Position numbers and translations under genes: made by a program
Notes under the pieces: model-generated
What the model was told of the DNA's origin: nothing
Database searches by the model: none
What the model saw: only the letters and a program-made list of their open reading frames with translations
Shown: piece after piece, positions 51,157 to 64,000 of the stretch
Numbering within the stretch: the first letter of the stretch is position 1
Layout of the letters: each line of letters starts with the position of its first letter
Source of the DNA: Vicugna vicugna
Taxonomy: Eukaryota
DNA: 64,000 nt
Direction: 5' to 3'
Assembly (NCBI GenBank): GCA_013265495.1
Contig: MU057640.1
Coordinates: 505,303-569,302, forward strand

Positions 51157-53399
51157 CACACCCTCTTGAATTATTTTCTCATCCAGTCAAAAATAGTATA
51201 CATTCACTGCAGGAAACTCAGAAATTACAGATAAGCATAAAGGGAAAAATAAAAATCACCAGCAATCCCACTCGTTAGAGATAACTTCCGTTTTGTTTTG
51301 TTGTATCCTTTTTTAGGATTTTCTCTCTCTCTATCTCTGTCCGCGCACACCAAATATCATCCCCCAATAAAGAACATACCATTTTAACCTGTTCCCCCAC
51401 TCAACCACACATGAGAGACATCCTTCCATGTCAACAGAGACATTTTTATGTCAACATTTTAGGGCCATGTGGTGTTCCGTGATATGGCCATGCCCAGTGT
51501 GTGCAATCATTGCTCCACTTGGACATTTAGACAGTTTAAAATTTGTTCACTATTAAAAATAATATTGCAGCTAAATGTTTGCATAATGCTCTTATTATTT
51601 TCTAGAAGCAGAACTGTGAGGTCAAAGGACCTGGTGCATAGCCTTTGGTTTCTCTTATTTCAAGTCCTGGGGGCGGGGGTGGGGGGTGAGGAGGGGCCGG
51701 GTCAGGCAAGCAGGTTAGAGAGCGCTGTGCCAAGAAGGAAGTGCGCTGACTTTGAAGTGATGAGAAGCCGAAGGTCAGATTGTTATTCAGAGCTTTTCAA
51801 GAAAATCATCTTGCTGTGGGAGTGTCCCTTGTCCTGAGGTATGGAGTGGGGCTGGCACACGGTTAGGAAAGCTACGTGTGATAATGCATATAAAAATGTT
51901 TGCACACGGTTTGTGCTTAATGAGTGTTTCTCACACCTTTGCCTTTCCCTCATTTCCTCTGCCTCCAGTGTAGTTGGAAAGATAAGGCTGACAATAAGTT
52001 TAGGAGTCACGGAGGAGGCAAAAGTTTGTTGACTTACATTATGGGCCAAGAATGTTCTATGGGTTTCATCTCTATTAATTCTTTAATCCTGGAGAAAGTA
52101 CCAGGAGATAGATGATATGATCATCGCCATCTTATGGATAAAGAAACTGCTGAGAAGAGGGGTGAATGATCTTTTCAGGGTCACACAGTAAATAAGTGGC
52201 AGAGCCAGGATTTGGTCCCAGTCAGCTCTCCTCTGCAATCTCCCCATCCCCTAGTCACTCACCTCTTCCTGGAATCTGCCTTACCTTGTACTTTCCTCCG
52301 TGTAGGCTACCTCACACGTCATATGATAACAGTTTGTCTATTTGTCTGTTCTTTAAGCTGGACTGGGAGCCTTCTGAGGGCAGGGACCATGTCATATTCA
52401 GCTTGCTTCCCAGAGCCAGTTGGGGTCGCTCCCAAAATGTTGATGAACGTGGGGTGCATGTAGCAGGACAGAAGATAGACCAGCGTGGCCAGAGTGTTTG
52501 GGTAGGGAGGCTGGGGGGAATAGAGTTGGGCAAGGACGCTAGGAATGCCAGGCTGAGTTGCTTAGAGTTTGGCCTGCAAAGTCAGAATCATGGATGATCC
52601 TGGGGACATCTCTGGAATGGTTCATCTGTAGGATTAGGTGTTCAGGGGAGAGAGCCCGAGGCCTGTGGCTAAGGGGAGACTTTTCCAGTCAGGAAGAAGA
52701 CATGAAGTCTGGACGATGATGACAAAAGGGATGAAATGGATGGGGCAAACAAGAAAGACTTTGTGGAAGAAAAATCCACAGAACCTGGCAGAGGACAGAC
52801 AGGGTGTGGAGTATAAGAGAGAGGGAGGCGGCAACGAAAGACTCTTGAAGTCTTGAGCTTGGGTAGTGGAGACATGAGGGAGGCCTAACTGGAATATTCT
52901 AGAGGAGGAGGTGATTTGGGGAGTGCTGAAACACTGACATATGGGTTTGTGGAAATGGCAGGACATCCAGGCACAAGTGTCTAGTAGATGCTAGTTAGTG
53001 AGGAACTTATACCAGTGTCCTAGGTGGATGGGGGCTACTTCGGGTAAGGGCCAACGAGCAGCACTAGGTAGGCTGAGACTGACAAGTAAAGCATCTGAGG
53101 GAGCGTTTATGTCAGATATTCACCCAGAGATCCCAAAAGAGAGCACACTGGCCAGATTCCCAAATGTTTGGGGGCTGTCACACTTTATGGTATTGCATCT
53201 GATTTTTTTTTACCTTTTGCTATTTATATTCCCCAGAAATGTTGACAATTATATTTATTATTTAAATGATTTTTAATGAGTATTTAACAAAGAATGATAT
53301 TTTACTCTTTAAGCTAATTACGGACATGCTAATGTATGACTCAAGAGAATAAGAAATCAAAGACCCTGTGTCTACAAGGGATGGTGGCCAGAAGAAGAT

Positions 53400-53975
53400 G
53401 GCCCTTCAATCAGAAGCCCCGGATTTAAGTCTTTGCTACATCACTCCCCAGCCCTGACCTGGACAAATCCCAACAACCTCTTTGAGCCTCAGTTTCTTTT
53501 TCTGTCAAGTGAGGACAATAAGATTAACCTTAGAGGGTTTTCAAGAGGATTAAATGAGACTGTGTGTACAGATGATTAGTTCACTGCCTGATTTCATAAA
53601 TGCGCTCAATAAATATTTATTTTCTTTATACCAAGTCAGGAAAGGGTTCTTATTTCATATTTTAGGTTGAGTCCTCAGTTTTGTTCTATGCTCTGGCTGC
53701 AGGAGTTGTCAGGGACCAGAGAAGCATTCTGTTAGCTCTAAAAGAATGATCAGAAATAGCTAATGTTTGTCGAACATTTGTTATGTGCCAGGCAGTGTGC
53801 TGAGTACTTTATAAGGATGAACTCATTCACTTCTCACCATATCCATAAGAGGTACAACTATTATTATCCCCATTTTACAGACAAGGAAACTGAGGCTTGG
53901 AGAGATTAAGTAAATTGCCCAAGGTCACACAGCCAATTAGCTGACCTAGGAGAGCTGACCCCAGAGTTCATCAGA
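53400..53975. mobile_element. Two MIR SINEs in opposite orientations
   Basis: 'aacctctttgagcctcagtttc' and 'cccattttacagacaaggaaactgaggct...cccaaggtcacacagc'. Confidence 0.85.
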
Positions 53976-56829
53976 ATTATATTACGCTGCTTCTCTGTAG
54001 GGCAGGAAAGAGTTCCACAAACAAATTTAATGCTTTGATTTGGGGAGTTTCTGCATTTCTCTGCTGGGGTTCCAGAGTCAGGTTATAGAGTATTTTGAAA
54101 TGAAAGCCTTGTTGCTTATCTCCATTCTTCCTGTGTTTTTTTTCTTTTCTTTTTTTTAAAACGGGAGTCATATTTACATACAGTAGATTTCTAAAATATG
54201 CAGAATGCCCTCCCTTGATGAAGACACAGGACTTGTGAATCACTGGCATTTGATGGCTTCTGGCACTGGGCTCACTCCTAATACATGGGTCAGAGCCAGG
54301 CCCTGAGGAATGTGGCTTTGAAAAATCAAGATGTTACACCCCAGCCCTATTCCAGCCCCCTGTGTTTCTGACCAGAAGAATTTAGCTTAAAATAAGCATC
54401 AAGGGTGGCCTGGAAGAAGGCATGAAGCTCCAAGAAGGCAGCTGTGGACCTGGCTGGGAGGGTGGGGAAAGGGGTGTAGGCAGCCCCTCGGTGGAGCCTA
54501 TGGCTGGAAACCTATGTGTTTTTCTGTCATAGTTGAGGGACTAATTGCTTCTGGAGGCACATAGACCTCGGACGGCCCCGAGAAACAGATTCATGAAGTG
54601 TTGGAATGGAAAGACTTAGAGATCATCTGAGGCACCTGCCATATTTTACAGATGGGGACACCGAGCCCAGAAAGGCATGGGGTTTGTCTAAGGGTGCATA
54701 GCTGGTTAATATCAGAGCCAGGGCCAGACCACAGATCTGCAGAGGGTCACCCACGAGCGGGTCAGGGAGGGAAGCCTACCTGGGCTTACTTGAGAGGATC
54801 TTTTTGGCGCCTAAATGTTGCAGGACCTGGGCCATTTATAAAACCACGACTTTTATTGCTTGAGCTCTGTGGAACCATCATTAGCTCTCAAGAAAAGCCT
54901 GGGCATCTAACATAGTCATGGGGCTAAACACCCCACCCAGAGGACATAAGTCTGAGCTGGTGGCTGTCTGCAGTGTCCCTTGGGTTTTGTCTCAAGCTAT
55001 TCACAGCCAGGCTTTTCTGACCTGGGGTTCCTCCCCATGTTGGTGTAGACATTCCTCCGCCCCCTAGATGATTCTGCAGAGAGAAGACCGAGGGTTGTTG
55101 GGAAGATATGGGGATCCCCAGACATTTGAGCTAGTCTGGTAGGGTATGTTTCTTCTGTCAAAATGGCCCCAAATTGTATCTGTCCTGGCCTCAGCAGAAT
55201 GTAAGGGCTCCACTCAGAAGGGCTGCATGGAAGAGAGTTTAATGATGGAGTGATTGTGTAGGTGTGGGCAGGATAAAGGTACCAGAAGGGCGAGGGGCGC
55301 CCTCCCCATCCCTGCCCGAGGAGCAGGGAGGACATGTGGCTCCCAGGGAGGGCTGGAGTGGCGAGGAGGGGAGCCCTCGCACCAGGGATGCTACTCGGGC
55401 AGGGATGGGCAGGGCACAAGTCTTCAACCTTTCTTCTTACACTCCATTCTCCTGCCAGTGCCTCTCCATGGCCAAATTCCACCAGAAACAGAAGGCAAGA
55501 GGCCAAAGAGGTCAGCCCCAGGCACTGGGAGGGGTGGCGAGTGGAGAATGACTAGCACATCTTCTAGTCCTGAGTTTAAATCCTGACTCTGCCATTAAAT
55601 AGTGAGTTGCTTCAATGCTCCCAGACTCAGTTTCCATCTCTGTAAAATGGGTTGAGCTGTTGTGCGATTCAATGTGTGCCTACCCTATAGTCTGTCAGTA
55701 TGATGCCTTGGAGACATCTGCCAATGACAGGCACTGCTGGGTCGATTTTACAGATGAGGAAGTTGAGCTGCAGGCAGAGGGAATTGGTGTCCTCAGGGCT
55801 GTATGTAAGTGCCATGGGGCAGAGCTGGGAAAGAGATGCTGCCGTGACTCCCAAGGCCCAGGCTTTGTCTCTTGGCCGCTCAGACGCTCATCCCGTAATT
55901 GCTTTCAGTTGCTGCTTTCAGGCTCTCGGAAACCACTGGCTCAGATACCCACTGCGTGCTCCAAGTTGGGCTGATGAAAATGTGCCAGAGTCATTAAGTT
56001 ATCAGTGGGGAAGGCGGCCGCTTCTCCCCGGCAGGAAGGATTCTGCTGTCTGCTGCAGCCGGCTTTGTTCACACAAACTGCCCCTGATTGTTGTTCCTCC
56101 CCCTCCTCCCTCTCTCCCTCCTCCTCCTCTTCCTACCCCATCCCCATAAGAAGTGAGTGGTAGAGGGTTGGTAGGGGTGGGGCGGTGCTGTAAATAATCT
56201 GGGGCAGCACTGAAGGTATTCATAACTCCAGGCAGGAGGTCCTGCCTGGAGAATCCAGCTCTGGATTGGGAAGTGGGCAAGCACTAATTCTGCAGCTTGA
56301 CAGATGGATCTGCCCCTGGGGGAAGGAGAGAGAGGAAGGCAAGCTGGACCTTCCTTATTGTCACAGCCATTCCTCTCCATGTGCGCCGCGCCAGGAACCC
56401 ACGATCCAGGTGCGCACTGCCAAGGTGAAAAGAAGGACCTTGGTCGTGCACAGACAGGGTTGACTGGTCCCAGGGGTGATGGCTGCAGAGGTGCACAATG
56501 CCAAGGAGCTCGCCCTGGGGAGGGAGACTGGAGTGGGAGAATGGGGACACAGCCCTCTCTGAATGCTTCAGCAGTCTTGGGGCTCTGTCTGATTCCGCAC
56601 GACAGATCATTCCAGAGTGAGACTGCTGACATGATAAAAGGATAGCAGATGGTTCTAATACTTTATTTTCAGAATGTATCTTTCCCAACATTCTTTTTCT
56701 TGCAACTTCATCACCCCAGATTTCAGAGGAGAACCTCCTAGTCCCCTCCCCCCCTTTCCCTTTAGGGTTTATTCCCTTTAGGGTTTATTCCCTTTGCGGA
56801 TCCATTGTGATGGCAGTGTTGACAATAAC

Positions 56830-57060
56830 AGCTGACAATGGCTGAGGCTTACTGTGAGCCCTGCACTGTTCTACGTGTATTCTCTCATGTAGGCTCACAA
56901 CTGCGGTAGGGGTGCTGTCATGATCATCCCCGTCTTCCAGAGAGGGTGTTGAGCCACAGAGAGATTTAGCCACTCACCCAAGATCATACAGTCCGTCAGC
57001 AGCAGAGCTGAGATTTGAACCCAGACAGTTCAGATTCAGCCTACCCCCATACCAGTACAG
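56830..57060. mobile_element. MIR SINE
   Basis: 'cccaagatcatacag' and 'gcagagctgagatttgaacccagacag'. Confidence 0.8.
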
Positions 57061-57303
57061 ATCCTGCCTCTCTGAAGGCAGGGTTGACCCAGAAGTAGGG
57101 CCAGAGCCATTGGTGGCACTAAAATGATCACTGCTGAGTGGCTAGCCCCTCTGGCCAGCTTTCCTAAGTTACCTCAGAAGGGAATTCGACTCCCAGCTAG
57201 AGCTGGGTGAGTCCTGCATTCGCTGTGGCAGCTCTTGCACGATCAGGTTGGCTGTTTGGAATAACTTAATCCCAGACCTCCACCCCCTGCCCCGGTAGGT
57301 TTC

Positions 57304-57481
57304 CAGGACCAGATACACAATTTATTGTGCCCAGTGCAAAGTGCAAACGAGGGGCCCTTTGTTTAATAAGTATTAAAAATTTCAAGATGGTGACAGCAAA
57401 GCATCAGATTAAGTGTGGGGCCCTTCTGGGCATGGGACCCTGTGTAAATACACAGGTCACACGTCTACGAAGCTGGCCCAC
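57304..57481 (-). mobile_element. MER45A-like hAT-Tip100 MITE
   Basis: About 178 bp, from caggacc through 'aatttcaagatggtgacagcaaagcat' to 'gaagctggccc'; matches the recalled MER45A consensus in reverse. Confidence 0.8.
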
Positions 57482-59213
57482 AAGTGTTCAGAGTGGCAGG
57501 AAGAAGTGATGAGATACATAGAGAAGGTGAGACGGTGCTGGATTTTCCATCTCTCCCAAACCAGTCAAAGCAGGATTTCCAGGGCATTTCTTTTCATCTC
57601 AGTGTAGCAGTCTGATCCAGATACACTTCAGCCAAAAATAAATCTTAGAAATCTCTTGTCCCCAGGATGCAGTTATTTGGAGGACTGGGACGTGGGTCAG
57701 CAGCTTTGCTTTGGGGTCAGGCATCTTGCTCCATGAACTCCCATCTCTCCCAACCATGCCTTTCACTTTATAGCCTCCTTTCCCTTTATAGCCTACAATT
57801 CTGCCCAAGGACCTACTCTGTTAAAGGTCAAGCACCACTCGGCCTCCCTGGACCCCACAGTCCCATCTGCCCACCAGGCTGACTTTGCTCTCCACAGCCA
57901 GGCTGGAAGGAATGGCCTGTTGGCCCCGTCCCCACTTCCTTATTTCCAGAAGCAGCCTGGCTCGCTGCAGTCTTGTTCTCCACGAGGTTACAGATGCCCT
58001 GCTCACTAAGGTGACTTCCTAATTGTCAAAGCCAGTGGTTTCTTCTCAGTCCTCATCCTTCTTGGCCCTTCGAAGGCATCTGACATTATCCTGGCTCTGC
58101 CTCTGTGAAACGGGGGTGCAGGTGGCTGGGAGTAAGTTCACTTGAAGCACCAGCATGTGCCTGGCACGTGGAACACACTCAGTTGCTGTTAGCAGGGGCC
58201 GTGACTGGTGGTGTCATTATTACTGTCACCTGCAAACCGTGATCCTCTGGCTTAAGTTACTCACTCCTGTGTGAGTCTTAACATAGTTTTAAAATTGGTT
58301 TCTCTTTCTCCACCAGACTCTTAAGATACTGATATTTTCCGAGTTCTAGCCTGTGTCCACACCTGTCTTCCTTCTCTCCACTATCTCTCCTGCCACTTCT
58401 CTTCCTATCCAGAACTTCCACAGCCACCCTGCCAACTCCAAAATCCACATGTCTTTGCCAAGCTCCAGTTGGATAAGCCAACCCCAGACTGAACTCATTC
58501 CCTTCCTTCTCTAAGTCTGATTTTCTTCCTACATACTTCCACCCAGTTGCCCAAGTCAGAAACCTGGGTATTTCTCCTGCGTCCCATAGCTGACATCGAG
58601 TGCAGGCTCCCGTGCTGATCGTGGAGCTGCAATAGTGTGCATGCCTGCTGCTGCGGTAGGGGAGCTGTCATGATCATCCCTGTTTTCCAGAGAGACACAT
58701 ACTGATGCATGAATAGTCCTAGGCAGGTAACACACTGGGGTCCTAAGTTTGATTGGAAAGACTTCCCTGGAGAAGGACATTGGAACTGAGAACTGAAGGA
58801 TGGTGAAGCATTAATCAGGCACGTTGGGGCTGGAGGACATTCTGGGCAGTGGGAAGAGCTTGTGCAAAGGCTCTGTGGTGGAAAGAAAAGTGTTTGAGAA
58901 ATGAAAAGGCCAGTGGGCAGGAGGGCTGAGAAGGAGGCGGAATGTGGCCCCGGTTGAGACTAGGGAATTGGGTGGGGGTGGTTGGAGGGAGGGTGGGTAG
59001 ATGGAGGCTGAATGGCGCCTGGCAGGAAGGCCAAGTTAGTGGTAGTCGTCTGGGCTCCTCCTTGCTGCTTACTCCCACCCGCTCCCCCTTATTCCAGATT
59101 CTCTCTCTAGGCTCTTTCCCATCCCGAAGTCCTCATTGTTCACACATTGGAAATTAAAATAGTCTCTGCCACCTCCAAATTCATCTTCTACACTATAGTC
59201 TTAAGCGGTATTT

Positions 59214-60053
59214 TTTAAAAAAATTAAAGTATAGTTGACTTACAATGTTATGTTAGTTCCAGGTATACAGCAGTGATTCAGTTATACATTTATATATATA
59301 TTCTTTTTCATTATAGGTTATTACAAGATGTTGAATATAGTTCCCTGTGCTATACAGTGGGACCTTGTTGTGTATCTGTTTATATATAGCAGTTAGTATC
59401 TGCAAATTCCAAACTCCTACTTTATTGTTACCTCACCTTTCCCCTTTGGTAACCATGTTTGTTTTCTATGTCTGTAAGTCTGTTTCCATTTTGTAAATAA
59501 GTTCATTTGTCTCATTTTTTTAGATTCCACATATAAGTGATATATGATATTTGTCTTTCTCTGTCTGACTTACTTCACTTGGTAGGATAATCTCTAGGTC
59601 CATCCATGTTGCTGCAAATGGCATTATTTCATTCTTTTTTGTGGCTGAGTAGTATTCCATCATGTGATGTGTGTGTGATACACCACAAGTTCTTTATCCA
59701 GTCATCTATTGGTAGACATTTAGGTTGCTTCCATGTCATGGCTATTATAAATAGTGCTGCTGTGAATATTGGGGTGCATGTATCTATTTGAATTGGAGTT
59801 TCCTCTGGATATATGCCCAGGAGTAGGATTGCTGGATCATACAGTAACTCAATTTTTAGTTTTTTAGGGAATCTCCATATTGTTTTCCCTAGCGGCTGCA
59901 CCAAATTACATTCCCACCAACATTGTAGGAGGGTTCTCTTTTCTCCATAGCCTCTCCCATGTTTACTGCTTGTGGACTTTTTAATGATGGCCATTTGTAC
60001 CGGTATGAAGTCATACCTCCTTGTAGTTTTGATTTGCATTTCTCTGATAATTA
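59214..60053 (-). mobile_element. 5'-truncated L1 with ORF2 C-terminal coding remnant
   Basis: ORF 59629-60039 (MQIKTTRRY...[10 protein letters not shown]...[12 protein letters not shown]...WKQPKC) is the L1 ORF2p C-terminal domain. TSD ttaagc[g/a]gtattt at 59201-59213 and 60054-60066. Confidence 0.95.
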
Positions 60054-60066
60054 TTAAGCAGTATTT

Positions 60067-60550
60067 CTAAAATGTAAATCTGATTAAGTTGGTCCTTAGG
60101 GTACAATCCCCCCTGGCTCCCCATTGTCAGGATGAAGTCCTGCCCACCTTCCTCTCCTTAGTCCTCCTCATGCCCACCCCCATGCCCCCTTCCCACTGGC
60201 TTTACTGAATATCCTGCAGTTCCCCAAAGGTTCTGACAGAATGTGCTTTGGTGCTCTCATGCCCTCCTCCTTTGTCTGCCCGGTCATGTTTACTGTCTCA
60301 CAGCTGCAGCTCATCTACCTCCTCTGGGAAGCCGTCCCCATCACCCCCTCAAGCCTGTGTGCTGACCCCTCCTCTTTGCCTGGCACATGCTCCCATTAGT
60401 GCGTTTTTCCCCGCTCCCTCCTTGCTAGTTGACGTGTATGTCTCCTCTTTCTAGACTGTGGACTCCTGGAGGGAGTGGACTGGGGCTCTTTTATCTTTGT
60501 TCTCTGGTGCCTCAAGACTGGGCACATGTTAGGTATTTAGTAAATGTTTT
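60067..60550. mobile_element. L2 LINE 3' end (host of the L1 above)
   Basis: 'tttctaaaatgtaaatctgat', 'ctagactgtggactcctggaggg' and 'cagtaaatgttt'-like terminus. Confidence 0.7.
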
Positions 60551-60804
60551 CTTGACCTTCATCACCTGGTGATGAAGGAATGCCATGCTATAAGCAGGTG
60601 GAGAAAAATGGATCTCTATCCGGAAATCTCTGCCTATAAGGATCGTGGTTAAGGGGTCCAGCTTCCAGGATGTCCCTGTGCTTTCTGGTTCTGTTTCTTC
60701 TAATAACCAAACTCAGGTCTCAGGGCTTCCTCCTGCTGCCCCCGCCTGCCACTTCCACCCAAGGGCAGGCAGAGTCAAGCCTCCATATATTCTGTCTTCC
60801 GGCA

Positions 60805-60985
60805 GAGTGTTTCTCAAACTGTAGTGTGCATCAGAATCACCTGCGGGGCCGTTAAAACAGATTGCCGGGCCCCACCCCGAGAGTTTCTGATTCGGTAGGT
60901 CTGGGGTGGAGCCCAAGAATTTGCATCTCTAACAACTTCCCAGGTGATGCTGATGGTCTGGGGACCACTCTTTGGGAATCTCTCT
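60805..60985. mobile_element. MER5A MITE
   Basis: 'ttctcaaactgtagtgtgcatcagaatcacctg...gggccccaccccgagagtttctgattc...cccaggtgatgctgatg'. Confidence 0.9.
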
Positions 60986-62269
60986 TCTAGCAAAAGGATC
61001 TGTTCTAAAAAGAACTACTCTTTCTGGTGTTGGGGAAGGAGACTTAGGGAGCTTTTATCTTGGGTTTAGTTTTGTAGGTTTTAGGAACTGTTAATGCGAG
61101 ATTGATGTGGATAGATGGATCCGATTCTCATGCTTACCTCCTCCCCAATCTCCTGGCGTTCCCACAAAGTGCTGCCGTGTTCACCCATCAACTATTCAAT
61201 GGATGTGTTTTGAAGGTGCAAAATGTGCATGGCAGTGTGTGAGGTGGAGTTGTTGCTATGAAGATGAAATCAGTAGGAAGCTGTCCTTAAGAGAGGTCCT
61301 CCTGTACAGTCAGAACTATAGTTCAAGGAGATCAAACAAGAAATGCCTGCTTGGATGGGTAATGAGTTCCCCATCAGTGGAGTTGTTCCAGGAAGGCATC
61401 TAGAGTGTTCATGGGAATAAAGCAATTTGATAGATAACTAGACCACATGACTCTTAAAATCTTGAAATTCTGATTAAGGAAGACAGTGGTAATTGACAAA
61501 ACAAAGTGGCACAAATAAAATTCTGTGGAGGGTGCAGTGGGGAGATCTGTAGAGGCAGCTGAGGCTTCCCCATATAAATAGTGACATACTGTTTTTATTT
61601 TTAATAAACATTTATTTCTCACTAGGAGTATGCTTGCTAACTAAATGGATTTATATCGAATGACCCCATAATTTGCTGCTTATTGACCTTAGATCATTTA
61701 AAAGTTTAGATAGAAAAAGCCACCAGCAGGGCCACAGTGGGGGTCTTCACGTGTCTCACTTCCTGAGTCAAATGGAACTGATGTGTGTAGTGCCATGTTG
61801 TTATTTTTTGCAATGCTTACAAGAGAGAGGAAGCCATTTGTAGGACTTGAATTTATAGTCACTAGGTCACCAACCTGAATTTCAGACTCTCACCTTAGTA
61901 AGAAAGTCCAGCCACTTGCCAGATTCCATAGTAGAGGAAAGGGTCGAAGTCCCCTTTCAGGAGGGCCCAGCACTTAAGATGTGGCAGGCCACTCTGAAGC
62001 CCCTCACCCCTCACTGCCGTTTATTGAGCATCTATTATGTACTATGTACTGAGTGTGATACTATACAATTATTATTAATAATCCTTCAAGGTAAGTAGTA
62101 CTGTTATTTCAGATTTAAGAAAAAGGCACAGAGATAATTACCTCCTCCCAAAAAATCAAAAGTAAAAAAAAAAAAAGACACAGAGATTATGTATCTTGTC
62201 CAGTTTCACACAGCAAAACTCCTCAGTTCATTTTTGGAAGTCAAGATAACCATAGAGATGAAAATCATG

Positions 62270-62790
62270 ATAAAAGGTGGGCCAAAAATTGTAGCTCTAT
62301 CTCAAGTCTTAGTATGGATGCAAAATACAAAATTAGAATATAGAATGCAGCAGTGTATCGAATAGATACTATGCTTTGACCAAACGAGGTTTATCCTAGG
62401 AATGCAAGAATGGCTCCCTAGTCAGAAGCATTAGGAGATCAATATAATTCACCATATCAACCGACGAAAGGAGACTCATATATTAGCAGATGCTGAAAGG
62501 GTGGCTAATAAAACTCTCCTATAATAAAACTCTACGTCAGGAGTAAGAGGACCTACTTAAACTTGATAAAGATGAAAAACTAGCTACTTATATCACATAA
62601 ATCCAACTTCATTAAAATAGGAAAAGCTTGCTTTTTCCATTTAAAAATGTTGTCTCGATATTCTTACAAACAAATTAAGCTAAGAAGATAAAAAAGTTCA
62701 TATAAATATGAGAAAGAAGAGATGACATTATTTTTTGCCAATGGTTATAATACCTGAAAAACCTCCGAGATCCTAGTAAGGAAGAAAGCC
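62270..62790 (+). mobile_element. Degenerate L1 ORF2 reverse-transcriptase fragment in sense orientation
   Basis: 'gaccaaacgaggtttatcctaggaatgcaagaatgg' (about DQVGFIPGMQGW), 'aattcaccatatcaacc' (IHHIN) and 'agatgctgaaag' (DAEK). Confidence 0.75.
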
Positions 62791-63529
62791 CTATCAGAAG
62801 CAACGAGGAGATGGGGTGAGATGGCTGGGTCCCTGCTCTCCTCCACACTGTGGCGGTCTCGCAGCTGGTCAGCGCCTGGCAGTGGGATTTGAACCCAAGT
62901 CTGATAATGAAGTCTGTGCTCTTTCCACCTTGTGAAGTGTTCACACTCTCTGCTGTCGCCCAGTCACGTGAAAAGAGAGCCTCTTCAAGCTGGCAAGCTC
63001 GGGGGCTCCAGCAGATCTGGTGGGGATGGCTCTGCTGGGAGAGGTGGGGACAAGATGAGAGGGTTGGCACCAGGTTTTTCCTGGAAGACCCTCAGGCTTC
63101 TGCTACCATCAGTGCCACCCCTCCAGGGGCTGAGATATTGGGCTTTGTGGCTGAGGGAAGGGTGCAGATAGTGGTCCAGTCTTAGCCACTTAGCCAGACT
63201 TCTGCTTCTCAGGTACTGAGCAGCCAACCCACGGAGCTGCCCCTTTCTTCTTGGCTCCAGGAAGCCGTATTTGTGTTGCTTGTTGTCCTTGTCTCCTACT
63301 GTCCACTTGAGAGGTGGTGCCTACCAGGACACATACTTAGAGATTTGGGGTATCAGACGCTTCCCGGGCCATCAAGGGCATGAGTTCTTGGTTGCCACAT
63401 CTACCAAGGATGCCTCGGACTCATGTTTTCATGATGGAAGTGGAATGTGTTTTTCTGGCACAAAATCACTGGGTGATACCTTAAAAATATAACCCATATA
63501 AAGCTTTTGTGCTTCATGCAGAGTCAACC

Positions 63530-63930
63530 ACAGAGTGGTGAAAGGAGTACCGCATGGGAAGCCAGGAGACTGGGCTCTCTGCCACAGCTAGCTGTGTGTC
63601 CCCAGGCAAACCACTTAGCCTTGCTGAGCCTCACTTGTCCCATCTGTGCCATGGGGTGTTGGAACTCAGTAGATTCCCAGTGTCTTTTAACTTCAAAGTT
63701 GTTACAATAATTATCACCCTTATCATGTGCCCAGCTCTGTTCCAAGTGCTTTGCATAGAGATGAACTCATCATAACCCTTTAGCTAAATACTATTATTAT
63801 TCCCATTTTCCCTGTGAAGAAACTGAGGCCCAGAGAGGGCAAGTGACTTTCCCAAGGGCTCACAGCTAGGAAATGATGGTACTCTTACACTGTTTAACTC
63901 CCAGCCTCTACTTGTATGGCTGTACTTTAC
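63530..63930. mobile_element. MIR3/MIR SINE pair
   Basis: 'ctgagcctcacttgtcccatctgt' and 'gaagaaactgaggcccagagagggcaagtgactttcccaagggctcacagct'. Confidence 0.8.
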
Positions 63931-64000
63931 CTGGGGTTGTTTTGCTGTAGTGATGTTGGTTCCATCCGGTGGGATGGGGGGTGTTGGGAGTAGGAGACTT

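Noticed and set aside
56756..56795. TTTAGGG motifs resembling telomeric repeats
   Set aside because: Only a 16-bp unit repeated about 2.5 times; not a (TTAGGG)n array.
59629..60039. 136-aa ORF as a host gene
   Set aside because: It is the L1 ORF2p C-terminal remnant in a 5'-truncated insertion bounded by TSDs.
44240..64000. Next DPF3 exon (CGKRYKNRPGLSYHY) and the PHD-finger exons
   Set aside because: Not found by eye in the window; presumably they lie beyond position 64000.
1..64000. CRISPR arrays, operons or prokaryotic defence systems
   Set aside because: The sequence is clearly mammalian intron/exon DNA; no regularly spaced repeat-spacer array or dense coding was seen.

Overview
This is mammalian genomic DNA, most likely camelid, judged from a Vic-1-type tRNA-derived SINE and camelid-type L1 3' ends. 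The whole window lies inside one + strand gene, DPF3 (BAF45C/CERD4, d4-family double-PHD subunit of the BAF/SWI-SNF complex). Four constitutive coding exons (13066-13173, 29913-30040, 36227-36322, 43718-43796) splice in frame with canonical AG/GT sites. They encode the end of the Requiem/2-3 domain, the acidic/NLS linker and the start of the C2H2 finger. A 42-nt cassette exon (44125-44166), not translated in its coding frame in the ORF track, would insert 14 aa between the two cysteines of that zinc finger. It is flanked by CU-rich tracts, and just downstream lie an AG|GT junction and an intronic AATAAA. The rest is intron filled with L1, L2, MIR, MaLR/ERVL LTRs and hAT DNA transposon fossils. 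Notable structures include an apparent L1 3' transduction, a locally templated patchwork insertion, a perfect 60-bp duplication inside an old L1, and several candidate intronic regulatory elements. Almost all ORF-track entries are spurious. No prokaryotic-type system is present and I cannot claim a new biological system; the cassette-exon region is the best candidate for undescribed regulation. Repeat subfamily names and exon numbers are from recall, not from a search.
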